Source: Ministeria vibrans ATCC 50519 (taxonomy: Eukaryota; Protista; Filasterea). From it: a stretch of 64,000 nt of DNA. The position numbers and the translations under genes are program-made. Positions 48,645-57,568 of the stretch are shown here, piece after piece. The stretch spans positions 1 to 64,000 of the forward strand of contig CALSCP010000905.1 in assembly GCA_943704425.1 (NCBI GenBank). Direction: 5' to 3'. Within the stretch, counting starts at the first letter, position 1. Every line of letters begins with the position of its first letter. The notes under the pieces were generated by a model. It worked only from the letters and a program-made list of their open reading frames with translations. It had not been told where the DNA came from and did no database searches.

Positions 48645-50030
48645 ATGAGCGAACCGTGGGATCGCGTCGCGGTCGCCGCTGGTCGTGCGTACGCGTCCAA
48701 CATGGAGCTGATGATGTCGGAGACGGGCGAACGATGCCGGACGGATCCGCCAAGTGAGATTGGCGCTTGTTTTGCATTGGGCGCCAACGGAAAGATTGTG
48801 TGTCGCTTTCCTACAGCCGATGGAGAGCCATGTCGGTCANNNNNNNNNNNNNNNNNNNNNNNNNNNNNNNNNNNNNNNNNNNNNNNNNNNNNNNNNNNNN
48901 NNNNNNNNNNNNNNNNNNNNNNNNNNNNNNNNNNNNNNNNNNNNNNNNNNNNNNNNNNNNNNNNNNNNNNNNNNNNNNNNNNNNNNNNNNNNNNNNNNNN
49001 NNNNNNNNNNNNNNNNNNNNNNNNNNNNNNNNNNNNNNNNNNNNNNNNNNNNNNNNNNNNNNNNNNNNNNNNNNNNNNNNNNNNNNNNNNNNNNNNNNNN
49101 NNNNNNNNNNNNNNNNNNNNNNNNNNNNNNNNNNNNNNNNNNNNNNNNNNNNNNNNNNNNNNNNNNNNNNNNNNNNNNNNNNNNNNNNNNNNNNNNNNNN
49201 NNNNNNNNNNNNNNNNNNNNNNNNNNNNNNNNNNNNNNNNNNNNNNNNNNNNNNNNNNNNNNNNNNNNNNNNNNNNNNNNNNNNNNNNNNNNNNNNNNNN
49301 NNNNNNNNNNNNNNNNNNNNNNNNNNNNNNNNNNNNNNNNNNNNNNNNNNNNNNNNNNNNNNNNNNNNNNNNNNNNNNNNNNNNNNNNNNNNNNNNNNNN
49401 NNNNNNNNNNNNNNNNNNNNNNNNNNNNNNNNNNNNNNNNNNNNNNNNNNNNNNNNNNNNNNNNNNNNNNNNNNNNNNNNNNNNNNNNNNNNNNNNNNNN
49501 NNNNNNNNNNNNNNNNNNNNNNNNNNNNNNNNNNNNNNNNNNNNNNNNNNNNNNNNNNNNNNNNNNNNNNNNNNNNNNNNNNNNNNNNNNNNNNNNNNNN
49601 NNNNNNNNNNNNNNNNNNNNNNNNNNNNNNNNNNNNNNNNNNNNNNNAGCGACTGGCCAATGGTCGGTTTAAATGTCGAATGGTGCGACCGGCGACGCGA
49701 CAAGAGTGTGACTTTGCACCATTCACAAAGGGGAATGTGAGTACCCATTTTAGTCGGCATCATGTGCTGAGTGTGTATCGCACTCGATGTGCCATCTGCT
49801 CGCAATCCGTGTCCGAGGCGGGCAGTCTGCGCAAACACCTGCGCTGCCGTCACTCTGCGTTGTTCACTTCCGCTGTGTTGGCGTCGAACTGGAAGAGTGT
49901 ATACAGTGCGTGTGTGCGAAGTGCAATGATGCGAGAGGGAAAGAGTGAGAGTGCGATTGAGAGAGAATTGAGGATGATGTATGAGAGTGAGAGAGTGCCT
50001 GCCTTGTTTCAAAGGTGGGCAACAAAGTAA
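48645..50030 (+). CDS. Tandem C2H2-pair repeat protein; middle hidden by the gap 48840-49647
   Basis: ATG 48645; GACFALGANGKIVCRF..C before the gap parallels RLANGRFKCRM..C..HFSRHH..CAIC..KHLRCRH after it; TAA at 50028-50030. Confidence 0.6.
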   Translation: MSEPWDRVAVAAGRAYASNMELMMSETGERCRTDPPSEIGACFALGANGKIVCRFPTADGEPCRSXXXXXXXXXXXXXXXXXXXXXXXXXXXXXXXXXXXXXXXXXXXXXXXXXXXXXXXXXXXXXXXXXXXXXXXXXXXXXXXXXXXXXXXXXXXXXXXXXXXXXXXXXXXXXXXXXXXXXXXXXXXXXXXXXXXXXXXXXXXXXXXXXXXXXXXXXXXXXXXXXXXXXXXXXXXXXXXXXXXXXXXXXXXXXXXXXXXXXXXXXXXXXXXXXXXXXXXXXXXXXXXXXXXXXXXXXXXXXXXXXXXXXXXXXXXXXXXXXXXXXXXXXXXXXXRLANGRFKCRMVRPATRQECDFAPFTKGNVSTHFSRHHVLSVYRTRCAICSQSVSEAGSLRKHLRCRHSALFTSAVLASNWKSVYSACVRSAMMREGKSESAIERELRMMYESERVPALFQRWATK

Positions 50031-50323
50031 ATGTTTCCTTTTATTGACGGATTGATGCATTCGCGAATTGTTGGATGTTTCTACACTTCTTCTTCTTTCA
50101 TATTTAGTGATCAAGAAAAGTAAATAAAATTTTCAATCGAATGAACCTTCGCTCAACACACTTTTTTTTGTATTGCTTCATACACACACACACAGTTTAA
50201 AGTTTTGAGTTTTAGCTGAGTTAATACTTAATATTAGTTGTTTTTTCTTTGATTCGTTCATACAACCGGTCCTAGCTATATCGTCTCCCGTCATTGTGAA
50301 TCTGTCGTCTGTCACTCACTCCC

Positions 50324-51439
50324 ATGTCCTCCCGTCGACGCGAGCCCTCTGTCGGCGAACTTCTTTTTGGCTCCGGTTTGATGAATGATCGTTTGTTGGT
50401 TTTCCACCCAACACTCACCCGGCCCGGCTCTCTCCCCTCTCTTCTTTTCAATATAGGAACTGTCACAAACAAGTATGTTCGACCATACGAGCCGCCCAAG
50501 GATCACATTCACGAGAACAAGGTCAAAATTCGAAAATTGGCGAAGCAACGACGCGAAGCGGAGGAAGCTCAATCACAAACACAGGTACGGCTGACCTTTG
50601 CTCACGTTGATACATCCTCTCATATCAGGAATTCTTTCCTGCCCCTGCTTTTGTGTTCGTTGTTTTTCGTGGGGGGGGTTGTCGTTTTTCTTGTGTGTGT
50701 CCATGGCAACGTTTTTTTTTTCTCTTCCTCACAACATCTATGGACTGCGCCCTGTGTAATTCTGCAGTCCGCACCATTGTACACCATGCCACGGTTTCGA
50801 GGCGCACAAAGCCGCGTTGCAGAAGTCACCAGGGCGCCGACGGTTGGGAGAGCACCGCCACAACAATCAACGTCATTTCTGCGTGCTGGAGAGCGCATCG
50901 GTGCACCCACCCGTCCTCCCAAGAAGGCACATCACGTCGACACGCAACGCGTACTGAACAAAACCTCGGTACCGTTTGTCTCGGAGAAGGCGCCTCTACC
51001 GGTGAGACGCGAGGCGGACTTTAAGCGGGCCAACGCCCTTGCCGTCATCTCCGCAGGCAAGCGCCCGTCCCATCTCGCTTCAGATCGACCAGAGTCACGC
51101 GAAGAACGCTTTCGCAAGTCCATCCACAGCCCCGGCGAACTACCTGCTTTTCTTGTGGCCGAAAAGAAACGCAAAGCAGCGCATCACCAAGACAAGACAA
51201 AGAGAAGTGGCGTGACGCCGGGCTTTGTCGCCATGCCAGACGGCGAACGCGTCGAGACCCTCAAGAGACTACTTGACAACAAACAACAGGTGTTGGCGCA
51301 GCTTGCTCGTCTCCCGCCACACCGCGACATTCCCTCGGTGCGTCAGGCCCAGTTGCGTCTCGAGAGCAAACTTGACGAAATCGAAGATGCCATCAAACTC
51401 TTTTCCAAATCTCGTGTGTACATAAAAAAAGATGAATGA
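50324..51439 (+). CDS. ENKD1: Enkurin-domain protein (ENKD1-like), two introns (~50377-50457, 50585-50767)
   Basis: PKDHIHEN..IR, PLYTMPRFRGAQSRV, DFKRAN, GELPAFL, PGFVAMPDGERVETL..LP..LESKLDEIEDAIKLFSKSRVYI. Confidence 0.8.
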   Translation: MSSRRREPSVGELLFGSGLMNDRLLVFHPTLTRPGSLPSLLFNIGTVTNKYVRPYEPPKDHIHENKVKIRKLAKQRREAEEAQSQTQVRLTFAHVDTSSHIRNSFLPLLLCSLFFVGGVVVFLVCVHGNVFFFSSSQHLWTAPCVILQSAPLYTMPRFRGAQSRVAEVTRAPTVGRAPPQQSTSFLRAGERIGAPTRPPKKAHHVDTQRVLNKTSVPFVSEKAPLPVRREADFKRANALAVISAGKRPSHLASDRPESREERFRKSIHSPGELPAFLVAEKKRKAAHHQDKTKRSGVTPGFVAMPDGERVETLKRLLDNKQQVLAQLARLPPHRDIPSVRQAQLRLESKLDEIEDAIKLFSKSRVYIKKDE

Positions 51440-51701
51440 ACAATCTTATATAGAATTATAATACTATACTAAATGGGTGTATCAGTGGGTCTATATATTG
51501 AGTGCAGCAATAATATCATTATACTAATACCATTGTGCTGGGCACTGTTGGCAGATGTATAGCTAGAGCCGTTTTGATCAATCAACTCTCCCTTCATATA
51601 GTTGTAATAACATATTAATGACCTTTTACTTTACTTCACGCCCGCTAATGTTTGCTTATAATAATAATAATAATAGTTGAATGCCACTCTTTTGAGTCTG
51701 T

Positions 51702-52249
51702 TTACGGCCCTTGATGAGCCTCAGGAAAGGGTCTGAACCCGCTGGAGAGAAACGGGTTGAGCAGGTGCAGAAGGACAGGGTCGCCAAAGGAGAGCAGGCT
51801 CATGAGCGCGGCCGGATCGCCCTCGTTGAAGACAGTGCACTCTGTGTGCGTCAGAGGCACGTCGTTGACGGCCACCAGCTCCATTTTGAGCGTGATCCCG
51901 GCTCGGTCTGCCGGCGACCCAGCATCGACGCGGGTCACCACAAAGCCCTTGCCCAGACGCGCAAAGGCTACCCCAACGTAGCCCGTTGCGTCCGCCTGCA
52001 GCGTCAGCTCAAGTTGCAACGGCGCGCGTCGAATGATGCTCAGGACCTTATTATTTTTCTGAGGGCGCGGGAAAGTCGCGGGGAGGGTGAGAGTCGCGGG
52101 AGAGTCGCGGGTTTTGGGGAATCTGTGTGCCTCACCAGTCATCGAGTCGACGTCGGGGATGCTGGAGAGAGGTGATACAATGGGCTTGGCATTGTCAGGC
52201 TCGGTGGTTGCGTTCAGGAAAGACGAGTGGGGCGCAACGAGCGACGGAG
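51702..52249 (-). CDS. PDZ-domain protein, 3' portion; the matching 5' part is at 57037-56867
   Basis: LTLQADATGYVGVAF..GFVVTRVDAGSPADRAGITLKMELVAVND is a PDZ consensus; 52140-52249 is identical to 56867-56976. Confidence 0.75.
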
Positions 52250-52251
52250 AT

Positions 52252-52395
52252 ATGACCACGGTTACGGCTGAAACCTCAGGTACACCGTGTTAATGCGGCC
52301 GAAAACCAATGTGCGACTTGTGAATGCATCGTCGGGCGTTGCCACAGGCGACGCCAGCGAGGGCTTACTTCAAGTGATGGTGTGTGGCGAGTGGG
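52252..52395 (+). pseudogene. Inverted, decayed copy of an SRCR-coding segment from 61717-61864
   Basis: Matches the reverse complement except for 4 transitions and two 2-bp deletions in the first ~60 bp; the last ~87 bp are identical. Confidence 0.9.
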
Positions 52396-53339
52396 AGGAG
52401 TCACGTCTAACAGTAACTAAAAGGCAATTGGGGTATAGACGTCTCATATGCTCTACACTTTGTGTGATCATACAGTGAAACGTATCTGTGTAAAAGTCAT
52501 GCTCCTCTGTCTCTGCTAGTTCAACTATTTCGTTAAGAAGAGTTCTATCATCCCAATAATTTAGCAATTTTGAATTGAAACAGATGAGTGTTGAAGGTAG
52601 AGACATCGGGAAAGTTCACAATCATAGTCATAATAAATTAATAATAGTATTCGAGCGTATTTCTTTAAGTAGTATTCATTTGAAATAAAAAAATCGGTTT
52701 CATGACAAAACTGGTGTCAGAGGTTTTTAATTTTTCAAATTCCCATAATAGATCGTTATCGTTGTGTACGATATTGGAATTTGAAATGAGTTGTCAAGTA
52801 TTTGTAGATTGTTGTGTAGCCTTGGAGTAATGAAATAAATAATTAGGCGGTGATTAAAGGGTATGAAAAAGTGACTACGCAGACTGCTCATTTTTGAGTC
52901 TTTTTTGCATTTTTATTTTTGAAAATTGAGACTGATCAAAAAAACCCCCGATTTTTTCAAAAACTCGATATCGAGTAAAAACGTTTTGAAACTTGTGATT
53001 TGCTATTGTTTGTCACAAAGAGGGTTAGTTTTTTTGGATAATCTAAAAAAAGTAGTCTCGTAGTCTTTAAGAAATATAGAGAGAATTGAAAAAAAATGAA
53101 AAAATTGTCTGATTAATTGACTACGTATAATGAGTAGTCAATTGATTATAATAAATAATAATAATAATTAAAATTAATAAATAATTTGAGTAACTCATAA
53201 ATTTAAAATATTAATAATTTAAGTAACTTACATAATAATAATAATTTAAGTTCCCTAACAATTTAATGATTTTTGAGTCTTTCTCTTTTTTGGGTGGGGG
53301 TGAGACAGAGTTTCGACAGAGTGACTAAAATATTTTTTA

Positions 53340-53985
53340 CATCTCAGGCGAGCGATCTCTGTAAAATAAGAGGCAAACACTCACTTGCTTGTTTGTCAGA
53401 AGTGGTTGCGAGACCACAAGCTCAAGATCGTCCAGTCTATTCAATTCTTTTATAGTAATACAGTGGTCGCTTTGTGTGTCTTCTCTCGCCGTCTCTCTGT
53501 TTCTCTCTGTTTCTCTCTTTCTCGCTTTTCTATTATTTTGTTATTTTGTTGTTGATTCTGGGTGACTGTATCATGAATAAATGGGTTGTATTCTTCTTCT
53601 TCNNNNNNNATTGGGTTGTATTCTTCTTCTTCTATTATTTTGTTATACAGTGTCTGAGAGAGAGAGGGTGAAAGAGCGAATGAGTCGCGCAGTGCCCTTC
53701 ACAATCTCACTATTGTCGCGTAGGAGGAGCTCAGTCACATTTGGGTTTTCCTGATCATTATGACATAATGAATGACCTACAGCTGAATTCTCAAGCTTGT
53801 AAGTAGATGCTCATTTATTTTGTGTGGGAGTACCAATGGAAATATTGTCAATGGTCATTAGTGACACATTTGCATTACGATCGAGTTCACGCGAGAGATC
53901 CGCAAGAGCACTGAGCAACAGGAGACGGTCACCCGAGACACACAATGAGACCGGCGGACGCACTGGGTCTGTCGTGTCACTCACT
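53340..53985 (-). CDS. RhoGAP-like C-terminal exons (fragment)
   Basis: DRLLLLSALADLSRELDRNANVSLMTIDNISI|AVGHSLC..IVKGTARLIRSF after an in-phase splice (attg|gtactc..attcag|ct) resembles RhoGAP N.MT..NLAIVFGPTL; the catalytic N-terminal half was not found. Confidence 0.5.
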
Positions 53986-54019
53986 GTCACACACACACAC
54001 ACGTATATATATCAGTCAT

Positions 54020-54232
54020 GTTCTCTGTCTCTCGTCTCTCTCTGTCTCTCTCTGTCCCTCTCTGTCTCTGTCTCTGTCTCTCTGTCTCTGTCTCTGTCTC
54101 TCTGTCTCTCTGTCTCTCTGTCTCTTTGTCTCTCTGTCTCTCTGTCTCTCTGTCTCTCTGTCTCTCTGTCTCTCTGTCTCTCTATCTCTCTGTCTCTCTC
54201 CCTCTCTCTCTCTCTCTCTCGCGCGCGCGTGT
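54020..54232. repeat. (CT)/(CTGT)/(TCTCTCTG)n microsatellite
   Basis: Directly visible. Confidence 0.9.
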
Positions 54233-54668
54233 GTGTGCTTTCTCTCTGCCTTCGGTGTTTGCGAGACGTTTTTGAGAAGGGAGAGCGGAGCCAAGGGTGA
54301 GAGACTCACTGAGAGAGAGAAAGGAGGTAGCGAGTGACGAGAGACGCAGCGACTGACCGGAGTGAATACGGAGTGAATACATTTCACATAAATGAGATTT
54401 TGAGGGTCCTGAGCAGCCTCTGCCGTTCACTCAAATGTGACTTTTTCAGTGTATTAATACAACGAACAACGGTTCACAGGAGAAGTAAGCGAAAGAGTAG
54501 TAAGTGAATAGTGATTCAGTAACATAAGAAAAAAAAACGTGTTGAAGATTTTGTTATTGCTTTTTCTCTCCCTCTCTCTCTCTCACTTCGCTTCTTCCTC
54601 CCTCCTTCTTTTTTCTCTCTCATTTTTCTTGGGGATCCTCTCTCTCTTATATTCTCTCTTCCATTCCC

Positions 54669-56855
54669 TCAGCAAGGCGCTCCCCAGTTGGGCTTTGGGA
54701 GTGTCCATGAGGGGGTATTAGCCGAAAACCTCTCTGGCTCGCTGGAGATTTGCGACACGCACCAGCCGGACAAGTCTTGGTTGAAGTTATCGGCGCTTTC
54801 GAACATCCCATTCATATTTGTCACCTTCGACACATCCCACTGTGAAATATCCGCGTTAAAGGACAAAGCTGATGCAAACATGAACTGCATCGTTGTGACC
54901 GCGCTCACATTCCACTGCGAAATGTCGCCATTAAAGGACACTGCTGTTTGGAACATACCATCCATCGACACTACTGAACTCGTGTCCCACGCTGAAATGT
55001 TTCCGTTGAACGACGGGGCCTGAGAGAACATGGACGACATGGTTGTGACACTGCTAACGTCCCACCGATCGAGGTCGCTGTTGAACACGCTTGCTCTAAT
55101 GAACATGCGTCCCATATCATTGACATTGCGCACATCCCATTGTGAGAGATCGCTGTTGAACGCTGGGGCTGAAGCAAACATACTGGCCATGGAAGTGACA
55201 GAGCTGACGTCCCACTGAGACAAATCTCCGGCGAACGCACCTGCGTTTGCAAACATCTGCGGCATGAGCGTCACAGAACTGACATCCCAACGCGAAATGT
55301 CACCGTTGAAGGCGCTTGCTGATGAGAACATGGTTGACATGTCCTCCACGGAGCTTACATCCCAGTTCGAGATGTTGCCGTTGAACACGGTGGTTGAGCC
55401 AAAGGTAAAGATCATACTTGTAACCTTCCCCACGTCCCAATCCGACAGATCCGAGTCGAACTGCGATGTATAGGCGAACATGCGATTCATGGTTGTCACA
55501 GAACTGACATTCCAGCGAGACAGGTCAGAGTTAAACACAAGAGTGAATCGAAACATGTTGTCCATGTTTGTGACTGAGCTCACGTCCCATTGCGACAGAT
55601 CAGAGTTGAAGGAATTCGCAGAGTCAAACATGTAGATCATGTCTACAACGGAGCTGACGTCCCACTGTGACAGATCAGAGCTGAAGTGTATGGCGCTTGA
55701 GAACATGTTCACCATGCTTTGAACTGAACTGACGTCCCAGGTCGAAATATTCCCGTTGAATTGTTTGGCGTTTCCAAACACCTGATCCATGGTAGTCACA
55801 GAGCTGACGTCCCACAAGTCAAGATCGTGGTTAAATGAGACGGCGCTATCGAACATTTCGTCCATGTTCACGACTGAGCTCACATCCCATTGTGAGATGT
55901 CCGAGTTGAAATTATGCGTATTGGTAAACATCCCCTGCATATCGGTGACGGAGCTGACATTCCACAACGAGATGTCGCCATTGAATAAGACGGCATTTCG
56001 AAACATAAACGCCATAGACGTGACCGAGCTCACGTCCCATTGCGACAGATTAATATTGAAGCTGGTGACGCTGACGAACATTGAGTCCATATCGGTTGTC
56101 TGGCTCAAGTCTGGTGAAGTCGTGTCGGAGACAACCAGACTGTCCGCGTAAACAAAATGATTACTGTTGCTGCCCAAGACAGAAGGTCCCCACGCGATGA
56201 TTTCAGTCAATTTAAGAGCGTTTGAGTTGCCGGTCTCGAAAGTCGAGAAGCCAACAATGGTCCCATTGATGAAGATGGTGTACTCGCCCGGCGAGGCATA
56301 CGTGTGTGTCGCCTCCGCTTGGTCTGCCGAGGTGATCGTGTCCGACGTTCCGTCGCCCCACTGCACGAAACAGTTGTAGGTGCCGGTGCTGGAGAAGGGC
56401 AACTTCACTTCGTTGGTCGGTGTTCCCAAAGCAGTGTTCCATCGGGAGACAAAGTAATCAGACTCCCCGCAATCTTCACCAGAGTGGGGAAACACACAGG
56501 AGCAGACAGCAACAATGCCCACCGTGCTGCATGTTCCTCCGTTTTGACACGGCGACGAGCTGCACGGCTCAACCAAGGGTCCATCAACCTCGATCATTGT
56601 CAAGCGGTTCAACAGAATGGTACAGTCGACGCCGCCAGCACTCACCACGTCGCCCACGGCCAGTGGCTGTCCGGCGCTATCGCGGGGCTCGCATGACGTC
56701 TCAAGGATGTTTTGGATGACCATGGTCGTAACAAGTGGTGTCGGCGATCCTCCCGATGCGCTCACAAGCACACCGGCAGACGCAGTGATACCGCCCCAGC
56801 TGGGAATTAGTGCTCCCAGCTTCGTGTGCACCAGCGTCGCTCCCGTGGCGATCAT
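54669..56855 (-). CDS. EGF + PKD-like + ~18 DUF285 (BspA/PARCEL-type) 25-aa repeats; 5' end probably lost in the gap 56860-56866
   Basis: CSSSPCQNGGTC..CSCVFPHSGEDC; FVSRWNT..VQWGDGT..HTYASPGEYTI; repeats FNxDLSxWDVSSVTxMxxMF; cap WCVSQISSEPERF..PKPNWGAPC*. Confidence 0.88.
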   Translation of the reverse strand: MIATGATLVHTKLGALIPSWGGITASAGVLVSASGGSPTPLVTTMVIQNILETSCEPRDSAGQPLAVGDVVSAGGVDCTILLNRLTMIEVDGPLVEPCSSSPCQNGGTCSTVGIVAVCSCVFPHSGEDCGESDYFVSRWNTALGTPTNEVKLPFSSTGTYNCFVQWGDGTSDTITSADQAEATHTYASPGEYTIFINGTIVGFSTFETGNSNALKLTEIIAWGPSVLGSNSNHFVYADSLVVSDTTSPDLSQTTDMDSMFVSVTSFNINLSQWDVSSVTSMAFMFRNAVLFNGDISLWNVSSVTDMQGMFTNTHNFNSDISQWDVSSVVNMDEMFDSAVSFNHDLDLWDVSSVTTMDQVFGNAKQFNGNISTWDVSSVQSMVNMFSSAIHFSSDLSQWDVSSVVDMIYMFDSANSFNSDLSQWDVSSVTNMDNMFRFTLVFNSDLSRWNVSSVTTMNRMFAYTSQFDSDLSDWDVGKVTSMIFTFGSTTVFNGNISNWDVSSVEDMSTMFSSASAFNGDISRWDVSSVTLMPQMFANAGAFAGDLSQWDVSSVTSMASMFASAPAFNSDLSQWDVRNVNDMGRMFIRASVFNSDLDRWDVSSVTTMSSMFSQAPSFNGNISAWDTSSVVSMDGMFQTAVSFNGDISQWNVSAVTTMQFMFASALSFNADISQWDVSKVTNMNGMFESADNFNQDLSGWCVSQISSEPERFSANTPSWTLPKPNWGAPC

Positions 56856-56866
56856 ATTCNNNNNNN

Positions 56867-57037
56867 CATCGAGTCGACGTCGGGGATGCTGGAGAGAGGT
56901 GATACAATGGGCTTGGCATTGTCAGGCTCGGTGGTTGCGTTCAGGAAAGACGAGTGGGGCGCAACGAGCGACGGAGGGGGATGACTCTTGTCGGAACGTC
57001 GCTTGAACGAGAAATGAAACCGTTGGAAAAGAGTCAT
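56867..57037 (-). CDS. 5' coding part of the PDZ protein, cut by a gap; likely 5'-UTR intron ~57077-57180
   Basis: MTLFQRFHFSFKRRSDKSHPPPSLVAPHSS..DVDSM overlaps in frame with the start of the 51702-52249 PDZ ORF. Confidence 0.65.
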
Positions 57038-57568
57038 TGGGGTCGGTGTTTAGCTGTTCAGTGCCCACGGCAGCAACTGCACACGAGTATACGTGAACAC
57101 AGAAAAAGTTAGGCGCAGAGAGAAAAGGAAAACAAAATTGATCAACTAAAAAAAAAAAACGAAGCCGCAAAAATTCATACTGATGTGAAATGAAGTCATC
57201 CCAACACTTCCCACTCCGTCGTGCGCACCGTCCTCTGCTCGGTTTACTACGTGAGTGTGTACTAAGACTACTAACTCACTCTCCGGCCCATCCCCTCCTC
57301 TCTTGACCTTTCACGTTGATTTTTAGAAAAAGGGGAATTGTTCAGGAATTTTTAGGTCCTTTTTAGGTTCATTAATAATAATACAATTATTATTAAGCGC
57401 TTTCCGTTCTATTATGACCATAGTGTTTTTCTATTGTTTACATCACTTTGTTATATTGAGCAAACTTTTTACTTCAATCTCAAAAAAATAACATTGTTCG
57501 TTTTAAACTTATTATTTATTATAAATTATTAGGTTTTTGTTCGGTTTTTGCACACACTAACTCACACG

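Noticed and set aside
48638-50114. Long ORFs spanning the 808-N gap
   Set aside because: Their length is an artefact of N translation; only the flanks are informative
53582-53632. Direct repeat tgggttgtattcttcttcttc on both sides of a gap
   Set aside because: Unmerged contig overlap rather than a target-site duplication
54750-56110. Regular 75-bp periodic repeats resembling a CRISPR array
   Set aside because: They are in-frame DUF285 protein repeats with synonymous variation; no unique spacers or cas genes
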